Source: an uncultured Chitinophagaceae bacterium
GTDB lineage: Bacteria > Bacteroidota > Ignavibacteria > UBA10030 > UBA8401
Assembly (NCBI GenBank): GCA_964463935.1
Contig: CAYXEE010000001.1
Span: forward strand, 2,581-31,447
Direction: 5' to 3'
Length of the DNA stretch: 28,867 nt
This document shows positions 1 to 10,700 of the stretch, in pieces. Within the stretch, counting starts at the first letter, position 1; each line of letters begins with the position of its first letter. The translations under genes and the position numbers were made by a program. Below the pieces are notes generated by a model. That model was not told where the DNA came from. It ran no database searches and worked only from the letters and a program-made list of their open reading frames with translations.

Positions 1-146
1 TTGTTTTTGTTCCGCTGCTTGAAACTTCTAAATTATAGTATGTAATCGGGTTAATGGTTTGCGCGGCTGTTCCATTAAATTCTATTGTTGTTACATTTGT
101 TGTTGCATCTGCGCTTGCGCCGGAAATAGAAAGCGTTCCTGCAATT
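1..146. repeat. Direct repeat, copy of 1941-2086
   Basis: Ungapped alignment by eye gives 10 mismatches in 146 nt, and the first 55 nt are identical. Confidence 0.9.
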
Positions 147-523
147 TTAGTTGTTCCGCTTGAAAATGTTTTTGTTCCGCTTGTACTAAGCGCGAGATGA
201 TAGTAATTTACTCCGGCTACGGATTGTGCGCCCGACCCATAATATTCAACTGTTCCTGAAACAGAACTAAATGTTCCACCGTTTGTAAAATTGCCGGTAA
301 TATTAATTGCTCCTTCGTTTGCAATGGTTCCGCTTGCGTTGTTTAAATCGCCGATATTGTTTATTACCGTTCCGCCGGAAACAGTAATTACTCCGCCGTT
401 GTTTGAAATAACCTGAGCGGAAATATTCTGAATGTTTAACAGAACAAAAAACAGAACGGCGGCGCTTTTTGTTACAAAGCTGCTGCGCTGTTTTTGTATT
501 ATTTTTATTGTTCTGTTAAACAC
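1..523 (-). CDS. Secreted beta-solenoid/T9SS-cargo-like protein, 3' end truncated by the window edge (not in the ORF track)
   Basis: Manual translation from GTG at 523 gives (M)FNRTIKIIQKQRSSFVTKSAAVLFFVLLNIQNISA|QVISNNGGVITVSGGTVITNIGDLNNASG...TIEFNGTAAQTINPITYYNLEVSSSGTKT, open to base 1. It has a signal peptide with Gln at +1 and the same repeat unit as the giant protein's C-terminus. Confidence 0.85.
   Translation of the reverse strand, partial: MFNRTIKIIQKQRSSFVTKSAAVLFFVLLNIQNISAQVISNNGGVITVSGGTVINNIGDLNNASGTIANEGAINITGNFTNGGTFSSVSGTVEYYGSGAQSVAGVNYYHLALSTSGTKTFSSGTTKIAGTLSISGASADATTNVTTIEFNGTAAQTINPITYYNLEVSSSGTKT
433..522. repeat. Inverted repeat with 15-bp perfect arms (433-447 and 508-522) and an imperfectly palindromic 60-bp interior
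   Basis: TGTTTAACAGAACAA at 433-447 is the reverse complement of TTGTTCTGTTAAACA at 508-522. Inner partial arms AAAAACAG/CTGTTTTT and TTTGT/ACAAA are also present. Confidence 0.9.
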
Positions 524-568
524 TATACAATGGATATTTTTTAGAAATAATTTATGTACTATTTTATG

Positions 569-1636
569 TTACGGTACAAATGTTCCCACGTTACCCGATG
601 CTAATCTTCTCACCGTAAAATAACTGCCTCGCAATGGAGTAACCGTTCCGGCGCTGCTTGTAATTCTTAACCGTATATTGCCGGCGGTTCCACATTCTGC
701 AACGGCGCGAATTACAACTTTATGATTTACCGCTGTTGTTAACGATGCGGTAGCCGGAAGAGCCGCTGCCGCTGCGGTTACTCCAACAATACCGGCGCCT
801 GTTTGTGCGGCGCTTGTAGCAATGCCGCCCGCGGCGCTTTGTACATATTGAGCAACAATATTGTTGTAGGTTGCTGTGTTTGTTATTGTGTAAGTAACGG
901 TTCCTGCTGTAGTTTTCAGAAAAAAAAGATAAAATGTAAGCTCGTACACGCCGTTTGTTACCGTTGGAATTGCGCTGTTTGCACCGAAGAAATCAGCTAT
1001 CGCAGGACCTATCGCAGAACCGTTTGCCGTTAATCGAAAAATTTGTTGATTCGATTCTTGAGTTCGTCCGTTCGTTGCATCTACAGTGAGATAAAATGCG
1101 TTTCCATCAAATTCCATCGCTCCCGCCGCGGGCGTTGTTAAATTTGTTCCGCTGGTAAAAGTCAACGGGTCAACGGTAGCAGTTCCTGCAGCTAATGTTG
1201 TTCCGGTAAGTGTCGGCGATGCGCTGAAAACCAAATTTGACGAAGTTGTTCCCGTTGTTCCCGTAGCAGCATTTAAATAATTTAATTGCGTCCCTGTAGA
1301 TGTCATTGATGTTGCGCCGAGCGTGAACGGAGTTGGAATTGTTACAGTTCCGGTAAAGGTCGGCGATGCTGTAGGCGCAAGCGAGAGCCAGCTTCCGTTG
1401 TAAAAATCAACTGTGTTTGTTGTACTATTATAGAGCGTCATTCCAAGCGTTGTAATTGCATCGCGGTTTATTGATGTTAATCGCGGAAGCAGCAAACCTC
1501 GCGTTGTTGATCGCAATTCCAAAATCGCCGAAGCATCGGGAGTGATTGCGCTTTCGCTGATTCCGACTCCCTGCGCAAAAAGCTGCGATGCGGCAAACAG
1601 CGCTGTTGTAAACAATAACGATTTTATTTTTTTCAT
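569..1636 (-). CDS. Secreted fibre-like protein (355 aa from MKKIK; the ORF track extends it to 1672)
   Basis: Signal peptide MKKIKSLLFTTALFAASQLFA|Q, then the Bacteroidota-type motif GVGI...TPDASAILELRSTTRGLLLPRLT, then Thr/Gly-rich segments (LVFSASPTLTG, PLTFTSGTNLTTPAAGAMEFDG) reminiscent of phage tail-fibre shafts. Confidence 0.8.
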   Translation of the reverse strand: MKKIKSLLFTTALFAASQLFAQGVGISESAITPDASAILELRSTTRGLLLPRLTSINRDAITTLGMTLYNSTTNTVDFYNGSWLSLAPTASPTFTGTVTIPTPFTLGATSMTSTGTQLNYLNAATGTTGTTSSNLVFSASPTLTGTTLAAGTATVDPLTFTSGTNLTTPAAGAMEFDGNAFYLTVDATNGRTQESNQQIFRLTANGSAIGPAIADFFGANSAIPTVTNGVYELTFYLFFLKTTAGTVTYTITNTATYNNIVAQYVQSAAGGIATSAAQTGAGIVGVTAAAAALPATASLTTAVNHKVVIRAVAECGTAGNIRLRITSSAGTVTPLRGSYFTVRRLASGNVGTFVP

Positions 1637-1791
1637 AGTTATGCCTATGTAATTCATTCTACCCTCTCTCACAATATTTTTTCACAGAGCGAATTGTAAT
1701 TTTTAATTGCTTCTCTACATTGCCAAAATGAAACGATAATCTTTCGCATAGAAGTCCGGCTTTAGTATTATTTTTTTTGTTATTACGGTTA

Positions 1792-4700
1792 TTATGGCGC
1801 ATAGGTTAATTCGCCGTCAATGTTCAATGTTCCGCTGTTATCAATATCGTTGCGGACGGCAAGCGTTGCGCCGCTATCTACCAGCAGCGTAGCTCCGGAA
1901 ACAATACCGACATTGTTGTTTACCGTTACTGCGCCGCTTATTGTTTTTGTTCCGCTGCTTGAAACTTCTAAATTATAGTATGTAATCGGGTTAATAGTTT
2001 GCGCGATTGTTCCATTAAATTCTATTGTTGATAAATTTGTAATCGCATCTGCGCTTGCGTCGGAAATAGAAAGAGTTCCTGCAATTCTTGTTATATCCAA
2101 AGCAAATGTTTTCGCGCCGCTTCCGCTTAACGAAAGATTGTTGTAATTAAATTTTGTAATTGTTTGCGCCCCGGCTTTGTTATAATCAATTGTGCTTCCG
2201 GTTGTAACATACGTTCCGCTGTTGGGAGAAAATGTTCCTGAAATTCCGATTGTTCCGCTGTTGGCAAGCGTTACTGTGCCGGATGAATTGATTGTGAGAT
2301 TTCCGAATGATTGCGCTTCAATCGGCTGCGATGTTCCGTAAAATTCTACGGTGCTTGCCGGATTGAATGCGTAGGTAGAATAATTTGCGGGCAATCCGTT
2401 CGTTCCGCCGATTCGCAATGTTGCTCCGGCGCTTACCGATGCAGTTCCCCCAAGTGCGCTTCGGTTTGCAGTATAACTTCCCAAGTCTAATGTTCCGTTT
2501 GTAACGGTAAGATTTCCTGTAATTGTTACATTTGCGCCGAGCGTTACAGCGCCGCCGCTTGCAACAACAAGATTGTTAAATGTTCCGCCGTTAATTGTGG
2601 GATTTGATCCGTAAAAATCAACAATGCTTGCAGGATCGAATGCGTAGGTTGAATAATTTTCCGGCATTCCGTTTGTACCGCCGACTCGAAGCGTGCAAAG
2701 CGCGGCAATAGTAAATGTTCCGCCGAGAGTATTTCTATTTCCTGTGTACGTTTGTAAGTCTAATGTTCCGCCGGAAATTGTAATATCGCCAATAATTGAA
2801 GCGTTTGCTGAAAGCGTTTTTGTTCCCGCTCCGGAAATTATAAGATTATTGTACGACGGCAAATCTGAAATATTTTGCGAACTCGTACCATTATAATCTA
2901 CTGTGCTGGATGTAACAGTATATGAGTTTGAACCTTTTGTAAATGTCCCGGCAATTCCAATTGTTCCGCTGCTGGATAATGTGCGCGAACCGGAAGAAGA
3001 ACTTGTTACGTTTCCATAGTTCGCTGCTTTAATTGTTTGAGCGGCATCCGAAGCGTATATAACAGCGCTTGTTGGATTAAGAGAAATAGAAATATAATTT
3101 GTCGGGAAGGACGTGCCCGAACCTATTCCGCCAAGACTAAGCGTTGCGCTTGCATTTAGCGTTACTGTGTTTGAAGCATTTCCGGTAATTTGGAATCCCG
3201 CATCGTTAAGAGTTACGCCGGAAGCAACGGAAAGATTTCCGTTCACTGTAATTATTCCGGCAAGTTGTTTTGTTCCGCTTCCGCTGAACGACAAGTGATG
3301 ATATGTTTGCGAAGAGACTGTTTGTGCGCCGCTTGCATTGTAGTTTACCGTTCCGCCGGAAATAGTTGTTGTTCCTGATACAGCAGGAAATGTTGTAGCA
3401 GTGTTCACGGCGCCGTTTGATTGAATATAATTGTTTGTTACGGTAAGCGAATTTCCTGTTGTAATAGAAAGCGCAAGCGATGCATTATTTAAAACAACAT
3501 TGTATGCTGTTGCTGCAACATTGATTGTAATAGTATTTGCTCCGGTAAGCTCTACATTACTGTGCGTTGCCGGTACGCCGTTGGGATTCCAATTGTTTGC
3601 GCTGTTCCAATTAACTCCGTCGCCGCCGCCATCCCATGTTGTTGTTAACGGAAGTATGGTAAGATTTGAAGATGCGTTTCCATACAAACCGCCGTCGGTT
3701 ACTGTAATTGTACTTGTTTCAACTACGTTTAAAGTTGTAGTCAGCATTGTTGTTGAAACGCCGGAAGTAAAACTAACATTTGTTGTATATGAAGGAGCGC
3801 CTGCGGGTCCTGAATATGAAAATGTTTTTGCGCCGGAATATGATGGAGCCGTATTTAAATATTGATCTGTTGCTGTTATGGAAGAAATAGTAAACGGCGT
3901 TGCCGCTGTTTGATTTGCCGGCGAACCGGAATTTCCGCTTCCCGATGTAAATGTTTGTCCCGGTAATGTAATTACAAGTTTATCTATTGCGCCTGCAATT
4001 TGAGTCAACGTACCAAAGTTTGTTCCGCCGGTTACTCCAATCAATGTTGACGTTCCGGATTTTGAAATATTTCCGGAAGCAAGCGGAGCTCCGGCGGTCG
4101 GGCGAACACGAATATCCTGCCATGTTAACGAATTCGTAACTCCATTTGATGAAACGCTTGTTACCGTAAAAGTAATTTGCGTTGCAGAAACAATTACAGA
4201 GACCGAAGTACCGTCTGATTCATTGTTGATATTTTCAGAAGCAGTGCCGCTGCCGTTAATTAAAACCGTAGGAGTAATTCCACCCTGATCAAATTCAAAT
4301 CCTGACGGGGCATAAAGTATAATTGTTCCAATACCAACATTTGCGGAAGTTGCTTCTTCGTAATATGGTCCGGTAAGCGCAGTCCAATCTCCGGTACCAA
4401 AATCATCGGCAGAAATTGCATTGCCGTTTACAGCAGCGGCGATTGTAACAGAATTAATTGTTATGCTTGCGCTTGTGCCGGCTGTAACAGCTGGTCCTGC
4501 AATGCTTGTTGCGGTAATGGTTCGTGAACCGGCAGCGTTCATTGAAATAACAAAATCTTTTGTACCGCCGACAAGATCGGCATTTGAAGGAAGCGATGCC
4601 GTTCCATCGTTTGATGTAATTTGAATTGTGTTCGTTGCAGAGACAAGATTCCAATTTACATCAACAGCATTCACTGTAAAAGTAATTGGAGCGGTCGCCG

Positions 4701-7700
4701 CTTGAACCGATGGAGTTCCGGTTTTTCCTGTCGGCGAACCAGGGTCGGCAGTTTCGCCGGGAACGATTACTTGAAGTTTGTCGAGTGCATCCGGATTGAC
4801 AGGAATTGACGAGCTTGTGTTTGGAGAAGGTCCGGTTGCCGATGCAGTAATTGTTGACGCAACAGCTTTGTTCAGTGTTGCGCTTAACAAAACAGTACCA
4901 GACGACAAATTTCCTGAACCAAGCGTGTAATATGGATTATCGGTAGATAAAGTAATTAAATTTGAGCCGCTGTTGACAAAATTCCAACATGAATCAACCG
5001 AGCGAACGGTTACATTAAAACTTACTCCTGCGGTTTGAGCTGTCGAAAAAGATGTTTTTCCTACTCCGACACCGGGCGTTGCAGTTTCATTTGGTACAAG
5101 AATTTGAAGATGCGTATATCCCGCATTATTGATTGTAAGATTTGTCGGCGAGCCGAAATTGTTTCCTTCTTGAACGGAAATTGAAACTGATTCAGCTTTT
5201 CGAAGTCTTGCGGAAATATTTACAGCTACGCCCGCATTAAAAGTTATTGGATTGGAAGAATAGGCGGTATCTCCGGTCGGTCCGGAGTAAGTAAGATTTT
5301 TTGCTCCGCTGTAGCTTGTTGTAATATTTGAATATTGATCTGTTGCAACAAGCGAATCAACGACAAATTCCACGCCGGCAGTTTGTGCTGTTGCAGAACC
5401 ATTCGCGCCTATTCCAATTTTAAAATCTGTTCCCGGAAGAATGACCGCTACCTTTGACATTGCGCCGGCAACTTCAATGAGTCCGCCAAAATTTGTAACA
5501 TTGTTCGTAACGCCGGCCATTACCGAAGTACCGGATTTTGTAATTTGTCCCGAAGCAAGCGGCGAGCCGGCGGATGGACGCACGCGAATATTCTGCCAAG
5601 TTAATGAATCTCGAACGCCGTTTGAGGAAGAAGCTGTTACGGTAAAAGTTATCTGCGTAATTGTTATAGAAGTTATTGGAACAGCAGTTCCGCTTGAAAC
5701 ATTATTAATTTCTCGAGTAGAATCTCCGCTTCCGGAAATTCTTGTAATTAACACAGTCGGCGCTATGCCGGTTGTATCAAAAATAAATCCGGGCGGCGCA
5801 TTAAGAATGATTGTTCCGATTTGAACATCTCCATTTGCGCCTTCCGCATAGAAGGGTCCCGTGAGCGAAGTCCACGTTCCTGTTCCAACATTATCTGCGG
5901 AAATTGCGCCTCCGCCTGTTGCAAGTGAAATATTTGGACTGAGAGAAGATTCTCCGACTTGAAAATCTCCCAGATCGGTTAATTCTAATGCTTGAGTACT
6001 TGTGGAAAGAACATTTCCGATATTCGGCTGACTCCATGAGCCGGAATATCGTGCAATAATAAACGCCAGCGGATTGGCGCCGCCGTCCACATCCGCAGGA
6101 TTAAAATTAAATGTTGCATCAATTGTTGAATATACGGTTCCGCCGTTTGTCAGCGTCCAGTATCGTTGAGCGCTTACAGCAGGATTAATACTTGAATTTG
6201 GTAAATCGGGATGATCTGTTCCTGTTGTGCTTGCAATTACTGTTCCCGAAGATGAAACTGACGCAAAAATTAAATTGACCGGCGTATAATACGCAGCATC
6301 GCCGATTTCAAATGTAACAGCAAGAGGAGAGCCGCTTGTTGAAATTGTTTTTTCAAGATTTCCAATAACATATCCTCCGGAACCTGAAATAGATCCGAGA
6401 GCGCCGATAGAAATTTTATTTGCACCGGTTGTAATTTTCCCGGATGTGAAAGAGAGAACGCCGTTAACGGTAACATTTCCGGAAAGCGTTACGCCGAAAG
6501 AATTGTTTACCGTCATATTGTTCAACACAATAGCAGAAAGATTTTGATTCGCTGTTCCGTTGAATTCAATCGTGCTTCCTGTAACAGTGTACGAGTTTGT
6601 TCCGGCGGTAAAAGTATTTGCAACGCGAATAGTCGCGCTATTGTCTAATGTTCGGTTTCCGCTTGAACTGCTGGTAAGAGTGTAATAGTCTTTTGCGGCG
6701 ATTGTTTGATTTCCTGATCCGTTATAATTTACCGTGCTGCCTGTTGCCAGTATGCCCAGTGTTGGATTGATGTTGTTTTGATTTGTGAGTGTTGCGTTGT
6801 TAGAAACATCAATTGTTCCGGTTACAGCAAATCCTGATGGAATTGTAAAATTGCATACATTGGTACCATCGCCGACAACAATTTTTGAACTTGTGCCGGA
6901 AACCGTCCACGCCGCGCCGATGGTTGGAGCTGCATTATTGCGAATGTAATATGTTTTATTATTTGATGTAAAGTTTAACGGCGCCGTACCATTACCATCT
7001 GTTGCTGTTCCCCAGTTTGAAAGTAAATTTAAATTGCCGGTAGATTTAGAATAATAATTTGAAGGTCCTACGCCTGTAAATTCATCGGCACCGATATCGG
7101 GAGTAGAGCCGGAACGAGCGTCGCCGTCAAAATCTATTGTGTAAGAAGCAATAGCAGAACCGCCGCTTTCAATCTGCGTCAGCGTTCCGGTATCGATATG
7201 CAGAAAATCGGGGCTGTAACCGGTTGTGCTGAGCCACGTCGGATTTTCTGTTACCGAATTAATATCGCGCGGTGAAATTGTTCCTGCGGTAAACACGCCG
7301 GCGTTATAGGCTGTCATTGTCTGCGCAGAAGAAGTTCCATCGGAATAAATCAATCTGCTTGCGCTCGGCGTTCCGGCATACAATAAATTATTATTGGATG
7401 CGCTTGCATAGTTTGCCAGCGTTCCGGCAGTTCCCGCGCTTCTTCGGTAAGCGACCGTTAATCCGGCGCCGGCCGGCGTTGATGTATTAACAATAATATT
7501 GTTTCGCAGATCAAGCGCTGCTGTTGTTGAAACTGCGCTTGCGGCGTGAAATATACCGCTTGAACCAAAAGTTGCGCCGCTTGAGGAGGCATTAAGATGC
7601 ACGCTGTTGTAATACGCATTAATGTTCGAGGTTGCGCCTGTTGCTGTAATACTAATACCGCGAAGAAGATTTGTGCCGCTTGCCGCCGTGGCGCGCAAAT

Positions 7701-10700
7701 CGCCGATGATATTGTTTGAAACATTGGTAACCATTGATGCAACGGCGCCCGATACCAGTATTCCATTGACTGTTCCCGTAGTAACAGCGCTGCTGGAAGT
7801 AGAGAGATCATAAATCTTGTTGCGGTATGCGTTGTTTGTTGTTCCGGCAGAAACTGCAATACCATTGAGCAAGCCCGTTGTAACTGCGTTTGCCGTAAAT
7901 GAATACATTGTATTTTGATAGACGCTTGTTGTTGTTCCGCCGGAAACAGAAATACCGTTGACCGAGCCGGTGGTAAGCGTATTTCCTTGCAGATTATAAA
8001 TCGTATTTTGATAAACGTTCTTTGTTGTCCCCGCAGTTATTGTAATACCGTTGACTGTTGTTGTCGTTCCGCCGGTAGAAGTCAATCCGTAAATTGTATT
8101 AGAATAGATATTATCATTGCCGGCGCCGGATGTTATTCCGGTAATTGTTGCTGCGCCGGAGATTGTATTAATCGAATTATTATACGTTGCGTTATTGTTG
8201 CCGGCAAGACTCATCGCCGTAATAGCGCCTGTTCCGCCCGTCCAGTTCGTAAAGATATTATTAGAAACGCTCTTTGTTGCAGAGCCGGCGTCTGTCGAGA
8301 CCCATCCGGCAATAATTGCGGCTCCGGTAACAGTGATAGTGGAAAAATTATTGCTCCGATGATTAATAACGCTGCCGGAGGCAGAACTTGCCGCGCTGGT
8401 AAAGAGCGTTACGGTTCCGCCGGCGCCGGTTTTATTAAATGCCGTAACAATACTATTGGTATCTATCTTTTGCGCGCCATTGGAATACAATGCAACATTA
8501 TTGCTGATGAATGTTACGCTGCCTGTTGTATTCACAGTAAGATTCGTAAATGTGTTGCTGCTGATATTTTGCGATACTACAGCCGCCGCGTTGCTGATAT
8601 AAGTATGCGCGCTTGAACCGGCAACGCTGTGAGCGATACCTTGAATGTTGTTTGATTGTATCGTTAATGCGCACGAAGCGGCAGCCGTTGTAACATTAAT
8701 ACCTGTAAGCGCGCTTGCATTGGCTGCGCTGTAGGTAACAAATCCGCCGCTGCTGTTGCCAAGCTGATTGTTGATAATATTCAGCGCGCTTGTTACAGCT
8801 CCCGTGCTGGAGATTCCTGTTACTGTTCCCGTTGTATTTGTCCGGGAATGACTTCTGATAATATTGCCGGCGATATTCGCTGTTGATACTGCGGCGGAGT
8901 TTGATATACCTGTCAATGCGCCCGTGCCGGTATTAACAGCCGATAGAATATTGTTCGCAGTTATGGTAAGCGTTCCGCTGCCGCCGCCGTTAACAATGCC
9001 GCTTACGACTGAAGCGCCTGTGCCGTACGCAGTAGCATTCTGAACGGTATTTGCTGTAATGGAAATTGTTCCGGTTGCCGTATTGTTAATTCCGTTGAAT
9101 GTGCATACGCCGGCGGTTGTAGAAACAGTTCCGATAGAGACAGCGTCAATAGTATTATTATCAATCGTAAAATTACCGGCGGCGCCGGATGTCAATATTC
9201 CGTTGAATGTGTATCCGTTCGTCGCTATTCCTGTTGTAATAACATTGGTAATTGTATTTCCCTGTACCGTAACCGCGCCGGTTGAAGCAACCGCTATACC
9301 GTTGATTATAGGAATTGTACTTCCCGAAGCCGACAAGCGCGATATTGTGTTGCCGGTAACATTCACTACCGTTCCTGCCGTTACATTGATACCTGCAACC
9401 GATGCCGTTGCAATTGACAGCGAAGATGAAAGAGAATCTATCAGATTTCCATTGATAGTAACTGTGGGAGATATATTTGCGCTTGCCAATCCAATAACTA
9501 ATCCGCCTGTTCCCGTCGATATTATTGTATCTATCGTATTGCTGTTCACCGTTAGCGCGCTTGCCGTGCCGCTGGCGCCAATATTTAATGCGGTAACCGC
9601 CGCTTGTCCGGTAATTTTTGTAATGATATTATTGGAAACCGTTGATGTTCCTCCAAAACCATTAATGGTCATACCGGTAATTGCTGCGCCGCCGGTTGTC
9701 CAGTTCCTGAAAATATTTCCTGTAACTGTCTGGGTCGGATTGCCCGCGCCGGAGGCACTCCATCCGGTTATTATCGTTGCTCCTGTTGCCGTAACGTTTG
9801 AAAAATTATTGTTTCGGTGATTGATAACAGAGCCCGCCGGCGATACTGCGGCGGTAGTAAAGAATGTTATCGTCCCTCCCGCTGTTCCTTTGGTAAATGA
9901 GCCGGCTATGCTGTTGGTATCTATTTTTTGTGTTCCGTTTGAAAAGAGAGCAACGCTGTTGCTGATGAATGTTACGCTTCCGCTTGTATTAACATTCAAA
10001 TTTGTAAATGTATTACTGCTGATATTCTGCGAACGCGTAACGGCGGCGTTGTTGATATACGTATGCGCGTTTGTTCCTGCTATTGAATAGGCGATGCCTC
10101 TAATGTCGTTCGATTGAATGGTTAATGCCGATTGCGCGCTTCCTCCGGTATTGGTAATTCCAATCAACGCGCTGGAAATTGCCGCGCTGTAAGCAACCAA
10201 TCCATCGCTGCTATTACCAAGCTGGTTGTTAATAATGTTCACCGCCGATGTTACGCCGCCGGAGTTTGAAATACCGGTTACAGCGCCTGTTGCCGCTGTG
10301 CGCGTGTGACTTCGCAGTACGTTGCTGTTAATGTTCAGCGTATCTACTGCCGCCGTGTTGGATATTCCGGTGAACGCTCCTGTGCTCGGAAGCGCTGCTG
10401 AGATAATATTATTGCTGTTGATGTTGAGCGTTGATGCTATGGCAGAATTGGATATGCCGGTAAAAGCTCCGGTTCCTGTGTTTGTTCCCGAAATAATACT
10501 ATTGCTTGTAAGAGCAACTGTGCCGTTCCCTCCTGTATTGGCGATACCATTGAAGACCGATGCTGCCGCGCCATACGCAGTTGCATTCTGTACGGTGTTG
10601 CCGGTAATCGAAATTGTTCCTGTTGCTATATTGGTGATACCGTTGAACGAGCAGACGCCGGTTGTTGTTGACGGCGTTCCTATGGCAATCGCATTCGCCG

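Noticed and set aside
432-623. 63-aa plus-strand ORF MFNRTKNRT...
   Set aside because: It is antisense to two real genes and arises from the inverted repeat. It is informative only as the sequence of the inverted state.
1-2086. DGR template/variable repeat pair (1-146 vs 1941-2086, near the giant protein's C-terminus)
   Set aside because: The 10 mismatches are not confined to adenines on the coding strand of either copy, both copies are coding, and no reverse transcriptase is in the window.
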